DNA from: Clostridia bacterium
Lineage (GTDB): Bacteria; Bacillota; Clostridia; Oscillospirales; CAG-272
Assembly: GCA_017463485.1 (NCBI GenBank)
Contig: JAFTPD010000002.1
Location: forward strand, 65,229 to 129,228
Reading direction: 5' to 3'
DNA: 64,000 bases
The notes under the pieces were generated by a model. It was not told the DNA's origin. It worked only from the letters and a program-made list of their open reading frames with translations, and did not search any database. Numbering within the stretch: position 1 is the stretch's first letter; every line of letters starts with the position of its first letter. A program made the translations under genes and the position numbers. Positions 34,918 through 44,971 of this stretch are shown here, in pieces.

Positions 34918-35282
34918 TGGAGCTTGAAAACAAAAGATTTTCCAAGAATGACGACGGCTTTGTCTGCGAAAACTGCAAAAATACCGTCCTGCCGCTTGGA
35001 TATACCTCCCGCGACCATTGTCCGTTTTGTCTGTGGTCGCTTCACGTGGATATAAACCCCGGGGACAGAGCAAACCCCTGCCGCGGAGCTATGAAGCCAA
35101 TATCTGCCGAGCCCGACAGCAAAAAGGGCTACATCATAATCTATCAGTGTACCCGTTGCGGTGAAATACACCGAAACCGCGCCGCACTGCGCGACGGTCA
35201 GCAGACAGACGATATTTCGCTGATAATAAAGCTTACCGCCTGCGGTAAGCCCGAGCCTAAAAAACGCTCGGTGAGAAAGTAA
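34917..35282 (+). CDS. RNHCP domain protein
   Basis: RDHCPFCLWSLHVD and CTRCG zinc-ribbon motifs. Start overlaps the PBP2 stop. Confidence 0.75.
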   Translation: MELENKRFSKNDDGFVCENCKNTVLPLGYTSRDHCPFCLWSLHVDINPGDRANPCRGAMKPISAEPDSKKGYIIIYQCTRCGEIHRNRAALRDGQQTDDISLIIKLTACGKPEPKKRSVRK

Positions 35283-35296
35283 TTCAAGAGGTCATT

Positions 35297-35770
35297 ATGG
35301 AAAAATTGTTAAACGCGAAAGGTAAGCTTCTCGGTGTGGATTTCGGAGATAAAAGAACGGGACTTGCCATTTCGGACGAGCGGCGCACCGTGGCTTCGGG
35401 CATCACTCAGATATCCGTCGGCGGTATGCAAAGAACTGCCGAGGCGGTGGCGCAGATCGCCCGTGAAAGAGGAGCTGTGGGCGTTGTCGTAGGTCTGCCC
35501 GTTAATATGGACGGCTCGCACGGACCTCGCGCCGCGCACGCCGAAAAGTTCTCCCGCCTGCTTGCCGAAGCACTTGGTGATAGTAATATTCCCGTCTGCA
35601 TGATGGACGAGCGTATGACTACCATGGCGGCATCCCGATACCTTAACGAAACGGATACGCGAGGCAGTCGCCGCAAGGGGGTAATAGATACCTTGTCGGC
35701 GCAGATAATATTGCAAAACGCGCTGGATAAGCTGAAATTTATGGCGGCGGCGCGCGGTGAGGAGGCTTGA
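35297..35770 (+). CDS. ruvX: putative pre-16S rRNA nuclease / Holliday junction resolvase-like YqgF
   Basis: LLGVDFGDKRTGLAISD, GLPVNMDGS, DERMTT motifs. Confidence 0.88.
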   Translation: MEKLLNAKGKLLGVDFGDKRTGLAISDERRTVASGITQISVGGMQRTAEAVAQIARERGAVGVVVGLPVNMDGSHGPRAAHAEKFSRLLAEALGDSNIPVCMMDERMTTMAASRYLNETDTRGSRRKGVIDTLSAQIILQNALDKLKFMAAARGEEA

Positions 35771-35773
35771 CGA

Positions 35774-36523
35774 ATGTATAAGAGCAAGGGACTGCGAATA
35801 GTCGGATACGTCCTCAAGACAATCTGCCTTGTGTTGATATTCGGCACTATCGGAATACTTCTGTGGCGCATATTCTCGTCGGGCGACCCTGCAAGCATGA
35901 ATCGCGTGCAGGTCAATGACGAGCTTCGCGCGGCTTACGACGAGCACGGCGAGGATCTGACTATGTATTGGCTGGAGCTTGATGAAACCACCAGCGTAGT
36001 CAATAAAAACTACGGCTATTTCAGCGTTACGCGCGCACTGTTTATAGAGGAAGCAGAGCAGGTGCAGGTCACGTTCAGATACAACAACAGCACCATAAAG
36101 CACCTCAAGGAGGACTACGGACTCAGCGAAATGCCATCTCGCGACGAGGAGCTTTATGACGTCAGCCTGGTGGTAGCCTACGACCTGACCCCCGACGATA
36201 CCTCGGATAATCTGAAAAGCGAGGAGGGAAGCGTTGAGCTTGTCCGATACTATCCTACCTCGTCAGAAAGCGATAAAAAGAACGTATACAATTATCGCAA
36301 GCTGGTCTTTGACGGCGTAAATATGAACGCATCCCCCAATCGGGTGCTTGCGGTCTATGTGGATATCTACTACAATAAGGACATCAACTACGACAAGGAT
36401 TCCTACGGTACGCTGTGCGTTTACGATTACATTACAGAGGAAAAATACGGCAGAAAGGATTTTGAGTTTTCTGCCGAGGACATAAAGGCTCTCAAGGCGT
36501 ATACGCCTAAAATCAAGGAGTAA
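35774..36523 (+). CDS. membrane-anchored hypothetical protein (249 aa)
   Basis: Single N-terminal TM (IVGYVLKTICLVLIFGTIGILLW), then a soluble domain. No family recognised. Confidence 0.6.
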   Translation: MYKSKGLRIVGYVLKTICLVLIFGTIGILLWRIFSSGDPASMNRVQVNDELRAAYDEHGEDLTMYWLELDETTSVVNKNYGYFSVTRALFIEEAEQVQVTFRYNNSTIKHLKEDYGLSEMPSRDEELYDVSLVVAYDLTPDDTSDNLKSEEGSVELVRYYPTSSESDKKNVYNYRKLVFDGVNMNASPNRVLAVYVDIYYNKDINYDKDSYGTLCVYDYITEEKYGRKDFEFSAEDIKALKAYTPKIKE

Positions 36524-36549
36524 ACGTCCTTTGAAAAGAGGTGAGAGGT

Positions 36550-39500
36550 ATGACTATCATCAAAAAGCGATCGAGCGGTAATATAAATACCGCCGCAGAC
36601 GACAGAATAGGGTTCCTGCAGGAGCGCGTGCTGTCACGCAAGGGAATAATAGGCTGCTCAAACGGATACACCGTCGCCCGATATGAAAACGGAAAGATCT
36701 TCTACGCGGGCGAGAACAGATGGGGACAGGAGGAATGTACCGGATGGACGGACGTTATCAGCATCTCCGTCGCCCATGAGTACGTGCTTGGACTTTTGTC
36801 CGACGGAACTGTCCGCGCGGCAGGCTACGATTCTCACGGACAGCTTCAGATAAGCCGCTTTTCCTGCGCGCGCAGTGTGTCTGCGGGACGCTACCATTCT
36901 GCGGCTATCATACAGAACGGACGCGTGGTATGTGCAGGAGATAACAGCCATGGTCAGTGTGATACCTCCGAGTGGGAGGACGTGTGTGACGTTGTTTGCG
37001 GCAATGATTTCACTCTGGGACTTACGCAAAACGGAAAGGTTCTGTACGCGGGTGGCAGTCGCGCCATGCGAGCAAGATTTTCCCGTTGGGAGAAGATCGC
37101 GGGACTTTTTGCCGACGTTTCGGGCGAGCGGATATACGGTATCCGCGCTGACGGAACGGTGGTGTCAAATGCCTACCTTCCCGCTGAGGTAAAGAAATGG
37201 AAGAACCTTGTGTATCTTTCAGTCGCCGATGGAGTTTATGCCGGAATCACCCTTGGTGGAACTGTCAACGTCCATGGGAATGGCGACCTTGAAAAAATAC
37301 TGTCAAATAAGGCAGAGGAGTTCGTCACCGTGTCTATGTCGGGCGAGCACTCCGCCGCTGTCAACAGCACAGGACAGATATTGACCGTGGGGGACAATCA
37401 CTTCGGTCAGTGCGATACACGTCACCAAAAGCCGCTGTTTGACGACTTTACGGAGCTGTGCGCCAATATGCAGGCGGCTCGCCGCCGTCGCCGTCAGCGC
37501 GAGCTTGAATATAAAAAGCGTGAGTGCGAGGCGGAAAGATTTTCCCGCCGTATGGCTTGCAGTGAGAGAATAAGCGTGGGTATCTCCGCCATGGGCAGAG
37601 TTTATACCACGGGTAGCTTCAAGGACGTGAAATCATGGTCGGACGTTACCACCATAAGCTGTGGCAACGCACACATCCTCGCCCTTCATTCGGACGGAAC
37701 GGTCAGTGCGTCCGGAAACAATGTAGAGGGCTGTACTGCCGTGTCCGAATGGCGCGGTATAGTTGAGATACTTGCGGGTAAATATCACTCGCTTGCTCTT
37801 ACCTCGGACGGCAGAGTGCTTTTTACGGGACAGAATTACAATAATCAGGGCGACGTGAGCTCTTGGAGCGGTATCAAGCATATTTTCGGAACGGATACCT
37901 ATACTCTCGGATTGCGTGTCGATGGCAGTGTGATATCTGCTGGACGCGGACTCCCATGCTCTCGCGACGTGCTTGAGGGCGACGAATGGAAAAATATCAT
38001 TCATATAGTCCCCACTGACAGTCATATCGCCGCATTGCGCGCCGACGGTACGGTAGTCACTGCGGGTAACGCTTCGTATATGAGCCGTTTTACGGGATGC
38101 ACCAACGATTGGCAGGGGGTCAAATCCATAGCCGCAGGGAACGGCTTTACCGCAGGACTTTGCTACGGCGGCAGAGTGCTTGCTGTGGGTGAGAATGCCT
38201 TCGGTCAGTGTGATACTCAAAATTGGAGTAACGTTGTGCGCATATCAGCAGGACGCACGTCGCTTGTCGGACTTTGCGCCGACGGCAAGGTCTATTCTGC
38301 GGGCGCTCAACGCATAAGCGCAGAGCAGGCAAGTCGAATGTTCGATTCTCCCAATCTTATACGAGGGGAGAGGCAGGGAGTCAATTATCTTCGCTGTAAT
38401 ACCGATATGCTGTCGGATATCGTGGCGATAACGTGCGCCCCCGAGCATACCCTTGCCATTGATAAGGGAGGACAGATGTTTGCGCTCGGACTTGACGGCG
38501 ACGGTCAGTGCGCGGTGTCCGCGTTCACAATGTTCAGTAACATATCCCAGTACGATAAGGGCGTGGGCTATTATAAGAGCCGCGCTCACGAGCAAGAAAT
38601 ACTTGTGAGTGATGAAAATACCGCCGAGGCTGACAGCGCTGACACAGCACACGGCGAGATAAAGAGAACGGCACACGAAAATCTTATTTACGATTCAAAT
38701 AGATATACGAGCATGATCGCGGGCGGCGACGACCACGTTACCGTGGCAGACGACGAGGGAAACGTGCGCTCTTACTCATTCTCGGGCGGCGTGATCATTA
38801 CAGAGCCGTTGACGGGTAAAAGACCGATAAAGGTAGTTGCAGGCAAGGCGCACAGCGCAGTGCTTTACGAAAACGGCGACGTGCGCTTGCGTGAATCCTT
38901 TGATTCGCAGCTCAATCCTGCAATGGTGCTTCCTCCGTGGTATAATTCCGTCGGACTTGTAAAGGCTGTTGATATCTGCGCGGGTGACAGACATACCGCA
39001 GTATTGCTGGAGGACGGCACTGTCAGAGCTATGGGAAGCAATAAATTCGGTCAGTGTGACGTGTCTGCTCTGACGGGCATAAAAGCTCTTGGCGCAGGCT
39101 CGGCGCATACGGCGGGACTTACGGAGAGCGGCGAGGTGATCGCAGTCGGCTCTAAAAATCGCGAGATCGCGATAAAGGCGCGCTCTGTGGCTCACGCTCC
39201 CGTTTGGAATCCTTGCCAGACACAGAGATGGAGTGACGTTGCAAGCATTGAATGTACTGCCGATATCACCCTCGGTATCAAGAACGACGGCGACGTGCTG
39301 GCGGTTGGAGGCAATAACTTCGGTCAGTGCCGCACTGGATTTTGGCATAACGTTATCGACGTTAAAACCTCGGGCAGGCATACCGCCGCTTTGCGTGCCG
39401 ACGGTCGCGTGGAGGCTATCGGATGCAACGAGCGCGGAGAATGTAATACCTCCGAATGGAAAAACATCATAATGCTCGCCCTGCGCAGCGGTGTAACCTA

Positions 39501-40656
39501 CGGTCTGCGTGCCGATGGACAGCTTTCTGTGGCGGGATATTGCGATTGCAATACTAATATCGGGGTCGCTTGGAGAGCTGTGTTCTGCTTTGGCGTAAAT
39601 CTTGTGCTGCTCAGCGCCGAGGGATATCTGTATTATCATAGGCTCGGCAGCAAAAAAGAATTGTCGCGTATAGAAAATATGCGAGTATTTACCCCTTTGA
39701 CCGAGAACGGTATCATGAACCGTGTCGGTAAGGTCTCGGGAATGACAAACGTCTTGAATGTCGCCAAAGAGGCAAAGCAGAGGATCGCCGTGGGACTTAC
39801 CCACGCCCTCAAGCTACGTCCCGACGGTCACGTGCGCGCCTACGGCTCAAACGTGGCAGGGCAGTGCGACGCACGTGGCTGGGAGGATATAGCTTCTCTG
39901 TCCTCCGGATTGTATTTCAGTGTGGGACTTACAGCGAGCGGTAAGATATGCTCGTCGGGTAAGGATACCGTAATGTCCACGGACGGCAATAATACCTCGC
40001 GCTCCATAGCGGACGAGCTGAATTTCCTGCTTTACAGCGTGGATATCAGCCTACCGCAGGATAGCGGCGGGGACGACGAGCTGGATGCAACCTATACGCT
40101 CAACGACAGTCAGCTTCGCTACGTCAGCCTGTCTGCAGGTGCTAATTTCGCCGCGGCGGTAAGAAGTGACGGGCGCGTGTTCGGAGTGGGCGACAACAGC
40201 TACGGTCAGTGTGATCTTAACCGAATAAGAAACGCCGCCGAGGTGGCTTGCGGTACTCACCATACGGCAGTGCTACTGCACGACGGTAGAGTGGTATGTT
40301 CGGGCGATAACAGCTTTGGTCAGTGCGATACGCAGTGGTGGCGCAATATCGTTATGCTATCCTGCGGAGAAAATCATACCGTTGGACTCAAATCGGACGG
40401 TTCCGTCGTTGCAGTGGGTGACAACGGACTTTCACAGTGTGACGTGTCGGATATTGCCATCGGCGTGTCCGTGACGGCTATGCCCGAGGCAACTCTTGTA
40501 ATTCTGCCCGGCGGTCGCGTGGTGATACGCGGCGGCAGAGGAGTAATGAATAAATTCGTGGCGTCCCTGCGCGAAACAGTTGCACTTGACGCCTGCGAAT
40601 ACCGTATCGGTGCGCTGTCCTCGGACGGCAAGCTGCATCTCTCGGACGAAAAATAA
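36550..40656 (+). CDS. giant RCC1-repeat (multi beta-propeller) protein, 1368 aa
   Basis: At least 15 copies of the RCC1 hairpin signature (GDNSHGQCD, GDNHFGQCD, GENAFGQCD, GSNKFGQCD, GGNNFGQCR, GDNSYGQCD, GDNSFGQCD...). No N-terminal hydrophobic signal. ATG follows AGAGGTGAGAGG. Confidence 0.85.
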   Translation: MTIIKKRSSGNINTAADDRIGFLQERVLSRKGIIGCSNGYTVARYENGKIFYAGENRWGQEECTGWTDVISISVAHEYVLGLLSDGTVRAAGYDSHGQLQISRFSCARSVSAGRYHSAAIIQNGRVVCAGDNSHGQCDTSEWEDVCDVVCGNDFTLGLTQNGKVLYAGGSRAMRARFSRWEKIAGLFADVSGERIYGIRADGTVVSNAYLPAEVKKWKNLVYLSVADGVYAGITLGGTVNVHGNGDLEKILSNKAEEFVTVSMSGEHSAAVNSTGQILTVGDNHFGQCDTRHQKPLFDDFTELCANMQAARRRRRQRELEYKKRECEAERFSRRMACSERISVGISAMGRVYTTGSFKDVKSWSDVTTISCGNAHILALHSDGTVSASGNNVEGCTAVSEWRGIVEILAGKYHSLALTSDGRVLFTGQNYNNQGDVSSWSGIKHIFGTDTYTLGLRVDGSVISAGRGLPCSRDVLEGDEWKNIIHIVPTDSHIAALRADGTVVTAGNASYMSRFTGCTNDWQGVKSIAAGNGFTAGLCYGGRVLAVGENAFGQCDTQNWSNVVRISAGRTSLVGLCADGKVYSAGAQRISAEQASRMFDSPNLIRGERQGVNYLRCNTDMLSDIVAITCAPEHTLAIDKGGQMFALGLDGDGQCAVSAFTMFSNISQYDKGVGYYKSRAHEQEILVSDENTAEADSADTAHGEIKRTAHENLIYDSNRYTSMIAGGDDHVTVADDEGNVRSYSFSGGVIITEPLTGKRPIKVVAGKAHSAVLYENGDVRLRESFDSQLNPAMVLPPWYNSVGLVKAVDICAGDRHTAVLLEDGTVRAMGSNKFGQCDVSALTGIKALGAGSAHTAGLTESGEVIAVGSKNREIAIKARSVAHAPVWNPCQTQRWSDVASIECTADITLGIKNDGDVLAVGGNNFGQCRTGFWHNVIDVKTSGRHTAALRADGRVEAIGCNERGECNTSEWKNIIMLALRSGVTYGLRADGQLSVAGYCDCNTNIGVAWRAVFCFGVNLVLLSAEGYLYYHRLGSKKELSRIENMRVFTPLTENGIMNRVGKVSGMTNVLNVAKEAKQRIAVGLTHALKLRPDGHVRAYGSNVAGQCDARGWEDIASLSSGLYFSVGLTASGKICSSGKDTVMSTDGNNTSRSIADELNFLLYSVDISLPQDSGGDDELDATYTLNDSQLRYVSLSAGANFAAAVRSDGRVFGVGDNSYGQCDLNRIRNAAEVACGTHHTAVLLHDGRVVCSGDNSFGQCDTQWWRNIVMLSCGENHTVGLKSDGSVVAVGDNGLSQCDVSDIAIGVSVTAMPEATLVILPGGRVVIRGGRGVMNKFVASLRETVALDACEYRIGALSSDGKLHLSDEK

Positions 40657-40681
40657 AAAATACATATTATCAAAGGAAAAA

Positions 40682-41413
40682 ATGACTAAAATGAACAGCG
40701 AAATTGCAGTGCTTATGGCGGCGGGACTCGGAACTCGTATGCAGCCCCTGACTAATACCACTCCCAAGCCCCTCATAAAGGTACACGGTACTCCCATGAT
40801 CGAAACCGTCATAGACGGACTTCTCCGCCGCGGAGTGTCCAAAATATACGTCGTTGTCGGCTATAAGGGAGAGCAGTTTGCATACCTCTCCGATAAGTAT
40901 GACAACGTGGAATTTATCCAAAACAACGACTATATGACGAAAAATAATATCTCTTCAATCTATGCTGCAAGAGGCGTTATGGGTAAGGGCGATTGCTTCG
41001 TCTGCGAGGCAGACCTGTATCTTTCCGATCCCTCCATTTTCGATAAGGAAAGCTTTGAGGGTGAGTCCTGCTACTTCGGAAAAATGGTAAAGGGACATTC
41101 GGACGACTGGGTGTTTGACCTTGATGGGGAAGGATATATCAGCCGCGTCGGTAAATACGGAGAGGATACCTATAATATGGTCGGTGTGTCCTACTTCAAG
41201 CAAGAGGATGCACAGAAAATAGCCGATTACGTTACCGAGGAGTACGCAAAAGAGGAGAGCTCACAGCTTTTCTGGGACGACGTCGTCAATATGCACCTTG
41301 ATACACTCCGCCTGACCGTACATCCCGTCAAAGCAGGACAGATAACCGAAATCGACTCGGTTGATGAGCTTGCGGCGATAGATGGGTCGTATGCCTGCGT
41401 GTTGGCAAAATAA
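40682..41413 (+). CDS. LicC-like sugar/alcohol-phosphate nucleotidyltransferase
   Basis: LMAAGLGTRMQPLT..PKPLI nucleotidyltransferase signature. Size and layout resemble CTP:phosphocholine cytidylyltransferase. Confidence 0.7.
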   Translation: MTKMNSEIAVLMAAGLGTRMQPLTNTTPKPLIKVHGTPMIETVIDGLLRRGVSKIYVVVGYKGEQFAYLSDKYDNVEFIQNNDYMTKNNISSIYAARGVMGKGDCFVCEADLYLSDPSIFDKESFEGESCYFGKMVKGHSDDWVFDLDGEGYISRVGKYGEDTYNMVGVSYFKQEDAQKIADYVTEEYAKEESSQLFWDDVVNMHLDTLRLTVHPVKAGQITEIDSVDELAAIDGSYACVLAK

Positions 41414-41517
41414 TCGTGCCTTCCAAGCCAAAAACTCCCACAAAACTATTGACAAAAAAGCAATTTTGTGTTAAAATTTTAAAAGCAAACAACCTACCCG
41501 ACGGAGGATAGACCAAG

Positions 41518-42663
41518 ATGAAAAATTTCCACGTCAACACCGAAATATTTTTCGGCGAAAGAGCGCTTGAAAGACTTGCACAGCTTGAATATGACCGTGT
41601 TATCGTCATTTCCGACCCGTTTGTCGTCACAAGTGGGCTTATAGCTCTTGCTACATCGCGACTTGACAGCGCAAAAATACAGTATTCAGTGTATACCGAT
41701 GTCGTGCCGGATCCGCCTATCGATAAGGTGATCGGCGGCGTTACCGAGGTGCTCAAGACCCGCCCGCCATGTATCGTGGCTATCGGTGGCGGCTCGGCTA
41801 TCGACATGGCAAAGGCAGTGCGCAAGTTTGCAACTCAGATAGAGCCTGCTTACCGCCCGTCGCTTATCGCTATACCCACCACCAGCGGAACGGGAAGCGA
41901 GGTCACCCGCTTCGCGGTGATCACCGATCCCGCAGCGGAGAGAAAATATCCTCTTGCCAGCGAGGACCTTATCCCCGACGAGGCAATACTTGACGAGGAG
42001 CTTGTAAAGAGCGTGCCCGCGTCTATTACCGCTGATACGGGAATGGACGTGCTTACCCACGCTATCGAGGCTTACGTGAGCATCAATAATAACGAGTTTT
42101 CCGCGGCACTTGCCGAGAAGGCGGTGGAAATCTCGGGACAGTTCCTTATTCGCTCTTACAGCGACTGCAACGATACCCACGCGCGTCGAAAAATGCATAT
42201 CGCCGCTTGCCTTGCTGGACTTGCATTCAATTCCGCATCTCTTGGACTCAATCACGGTATGGCGCACCAGCTCGGCGCGAATTTCCATATTCCTCACGGC
42301 AGAGCGAACTCCATACTCCTGCCGCATATCATTGAGTTTAATAGCGGTATCAGCCTTACCAGCCGCTCGCAGGACAACTATCCGCCTTGCGTGTTGAGAT
42401 ACTGTAATATGGCGAGAACGCTGGGTGTAAATAATATCAATAAGGTTACTACCGTCCGCTCGCTTATAAGCTATATTCACTTTATGGCGGCGGAAATGCA
42501 TATCCCAGCGCGCGTGTCCGAGGCTGTCAATATTACGTGGGAGGAATACGAATCCCATATTGAAAGAATGGCAGAGGCCGCACTTGAGGACGGCTGTACC
42601 GCAACCAATCCCCGTAAACCTACCAAGGAAGAGGTTATGGAGATATATAGGAAGATCTGGTAA
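41518..42663 (+). CDS. iron-containing (group III) alcohol dehydrogenase
   Basis: GGGSAIDMAK, PTTSGTGSEVT, and His-rich metal site (HAIEAY, HGMAHQLG, HG). Confidence 0.85.
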   Translation: MKNFHVNTEIFFGERALERLAQLEYDRVIVISDPFVVTSGLIALATSRLDSAKIQYSVYTDVVPDPPIDKVIGGVTEVLKTRPPCIVAIGGGSAIDMAKAVRKFATQIEPAYRPSLIAIPTTSGTGSEVTRFAVITDPAAERKYPLASEDLIPDEAILDEELVKSVPASITADTGMDVLTHAIEAYVSINNNEFSAALAEKAVEISGQFLIRSYSDCNDTHARRKMHIAACLAGLAFNSASLGLNHGMAHQLGANFHIPHGRANSILLPHIIEFNSGISLTSRSQDNYPPCVLRYCNMARTLGVNNINKVTTVRSLISYIHFMAAEMHIPARVSEAVNITWEEYESHIERMAEAALEDGCTATNPRKPTKEEVMEIYRKIW

Positions 42664-42711
42664 TTAATGAATAATGAATGATGAAAAGTGAAAAATGAAT
42701 AATTAATGAAG

Positions 42712-42738
42712 AAAACCGCGCTCTGTGAGCGCGGTTTT
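42712..42738 (+). terminator. terminator of the ADH gene
   Basis: AAAACCGCGCTC-tgt-GAGCGCGGTTTT. Confidence 0.65.
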
Positions 42739-42772
42739 CCACCACAATTATTCATTATTCATTTTTCATTCA

Positions 42773-42799
42773 AAAAGCCTCGCTGAGCGAGGCTTTTTG
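42773..42799 (-). terminator. terminator of the HAD-family gene
   Basis: AAAAAGCCTCGC-tga-GCGAGGCTTTTT, directly after the stop at 42800. Confidence 0.65.
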
Positions 42800-43660
42800 T
42801 TATTCCTTATCCGTGTTTCTCCTGTACTGTGAAAGCTGCTGCTTTTCCTTGGAGTTCAGACGCTCGATCAGCGCCATATTTTCGATCATAAGCTTAACAA
42901 TCTTATCGAGTGCAGAGTTTTCCGAGTAGTCTGCAACGCAAACGTAGTTGATTCGCTCGTCGTCAACCAGGGGCTTGACCGTTTCCGCCTTGCCCGTAGC
43001 GTAAAGAGCGATGGACTTGCCGCCGCGCTCCTTGATCATCTTCATACAGGGAATATCCGTCATTCCGTCACCGATATAAATCATATTGCGGTAAGCAATA
43101 TGACGCAGGCTTTCGTCCTGCTCGCGGTTAAGGTCGTAGTCGTTGGTAACGTCGTGAACGCCCTTGGAAATACGGTAGATGTACTGCGTTTTCATTGTGT
43201 AGTTGATAGCAAGAGCAGGCCAGATAGCCTCGCCTTGCTCGTTATGCATATATCGGCAAGCGTAGACTCGCTTGAAGTATTTAGCGATAGGCGTACCCTG
43301 AATTATCTCGTAAGTACCCGAGGAAATGATGTAATGTTCAATGGTAACTCCGAGAGACTCGCCATACTCGTTGATGCGGTCAAACCAAGAAAGCACGCCC
43401 TTGTAAAGCACGACGTTCTCGCCGCAGGAGCGCAGATATTCCTCGGTGAGGGGGATACCTTTCTCCTTGCATTTCTTGATCATAACGAACATATAAGCGA
43501 GGATCTTGTCGACCTCGTATTTTTTGGTAAGCGCGCCTGCCTCTCCCCAGAAATCACCCGATTCCATGCCGAGGTTTTTTATAAAGTCGTACTCCTGCAT
43601 ATCCGTGGTGCAGAGAGTTTTATCAAAGTCGTATAAAATTCCGATAATTGGCTTTGCCAT
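42800..43660 (-). CDS. HAD-superfamily hydrolase (subfamily IB-like)
   Basis: LYDFDKTL (DxDxT) and IGDGMTD motifs. Start at MAKPII after GGAG. Confidence 0.75.
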   Translation of the reverse strand: MAKPIIGILYDFDKTLCTTDMQEYDFIKNLGMESGDFWGEAGALTKKYEVDKILAYMFVMIKKCKEKGIPLTEEYLRSCGENVVLYKGVLSWFDRINEYGESLGVTIEHYIISSGTYEIIQGTPIAKYFKRVYACRYMHNEQGEAIWPALAINYTMKTQYIYRISKGVHDVTNDYDLNREQDESLRHIAYRNMIYIGDGMTDIPCMKMIKERGGKSIALYATGKAETVKPLVDDERINYVCVADYSENSALDKIVKLMIENMALIERLNSKEKQQLSQYRRNTDKE

Positions 43661-43794
43661 AATAAGCTCCGTTCCGCCGCTCCGCGGCATAAATTATTTC
43701 ACAATTCCATTGTAACATAAATATTTTTAAAAATCAATACCAAAACAGGGGATTTTGTAAAAAAATCTTTCGACATTGAAGTTTTTACGGTAAT

Positions 43795-43820
43795 CCGGAC
43801 AGGCGTCCCCGACTGTCCGG
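43795..43820. repeat. third copy of the GGACAGGCGTCCCCGACTGTCC core
   Basis: CCGGACAGGCGTCCCCGACTGTCCGG, identical core to 23384-23406. Flanked by TTTTTAC / GTAAAAA. Confidence 0.6.
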
Positions 43821-43874
43821 ATGATGTAAAAACAAACCACAAACCATTTTGTTATACAATAACCCTCAAATCGC

Positions 43875-43905
43875 AGAGAGGAGCAGACACCCGTCTGCTC
43901 CTCTC
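43875..43905 (-). terminator. spo0A terminator hairpin
   Basis: AGAGAGGAGCAGAC-accc-GTCTGCTCCTCTC, 4 nt from the spo0A stop. Confidence 0.55.
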
Positions 43906-43908
43906 ATA

Positions 43909-44703
43909 TCAATACAATTTGTATTTCAACCTCAAATTATCCGCGATCATGGCGATAAATTCAGAGTTCGTAGGCTTGCCGCGATTGTTCTGAATGGTGT
44001 ACCCGAAATAAGACGTCAACGTGTCCACGTCGCCTCTGTCCCACGCTACCTCGATGGCGTGGCGGATGGCGCGCTCAACGCGGCTGGTCGTAGTCGAATA
44101 TTTCTTTGCAACGGAAGGGTAGAGCACCTTGGTGACGGAATTGATGATATCCGAATCCTTGACCGTGAGGAGAATTGCCGTGCGCAGATACTGATACCCC
44201 TTAATGTGCGCAGGAACGCCGATCTGGTGAATGATCTGCGTTACCTGCGTTTCAATGTCGGGAGTTCTGTCGCTGTCAGCGTCCGCAGGTGAAAAGTTGC
44301 CGTTTTTGCCGTCGCGCGAGCGGAGCAGCATATCAATATGCTGAACGAGGCTTTCGGACTTTAACGGCTTGATAAGACAAAGCTGTGCGCCCGCCGTCGC
44401 AGCTTGAATAAACATATTTTGATTGGCAACGGGGGACGTCATAATAAATACGGGCGCGCGATCGCCCGAGGCAGCGTAATTGATGCTTTGTGCCGCGCGG
44501 ATAACCCCGATACCGTCAAGCTTTGACAGCCATATATCTACAATGGCAATGTCGGGGTGGGTACGCTCTATTTTTGTCAATGCCTCGTCGCCGTTGGTTG
44601 CCTCGTCTATCATACGATAGCCCGATCTCATAAGTGATTCCTTCAGCAGGGCTCGCCCGCTTGCATTTTCGTCCGCAATAAGTATGCGAGTGGTGTAATC
44701 CAT
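43909..44703 (-). CDS. spo0A: sporulation master regulator Spo0A
   Basis: Receiver domain ([17 protein letters not shown]) and the diagnostic Spo0A C-terminal domain ([16 protein letters not shown]...[15 protein letters not shown]). Confidence 0.93.
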   Translation of the reverse strand: MDYTTRILIADENASGRALLKESLMRSGYRMIDEATNGDEALTKIERTHPDIAIVDIWLSKLDGIGVIRAAQSINYAASGDRAPVFIMTSPVANQNMFIQAATAGAQLCLIKPLKSESLVQHIDMLLRSRDGKNGNFSPADADSDRTPDIETQVTQIIHQIGVPAHIKGYQYLRTAILLTVKDSDIINSVTKVLYPSVAKKYSTTTSRVERAIRHAIEVAWDRGDVDTLTSYFGYTIQNNRGKPTNSEFIAMIADNLRLKYKLY

Positions 44704-44971
44704 GTGTACCTCCTAAAAATTGGTAATTTATTGACAAGAATATAATACCATAAATTGGAAAATATTGCAATAGCTTTTTTGAAAAATAATTGCCAAAAAA
44801 TAGGAGATAATTTTGTAAAAAATGCTCTCTGCACGAACATTTGCCGAATTTTTGAAAATTTGTAGGCAAAAATCAAAATAATTTAAAAATTTCTGTTGAA
44901 AGTCGGAGGAGAATGTGGTATATTATATACGTGTGCCAAAGACAGTTAAAATTATGTAAAGGATATAGAAT

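Noticed and set aside
38776-39804. 342-aa minus-strand ORF (and other minus ORFs at 36658-38676)
   Set aside because: Antisense to the RCC1-repeat gene, whose repeat signatures are all in the plus frame.
42664-42770. TGAATAATGAA-rich inverted low-complexity sequence flanking a hairpin; considered as a MITE or riboswitch
   Set aside because: It lies between two convergent genes and contains their two clean terminators. The flanking A/T-rich arms are low complexity and have no second copy in the window.
43769-43775. A single TGTCGAA (Spo0A box) heptamer upstream of the HAD gene, and a TGCCGAA near 44843
   Set aside because: A 7-mer is expected several times by chance in 64 kb on both strands. 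This is not sufficient to call a regulatory site.
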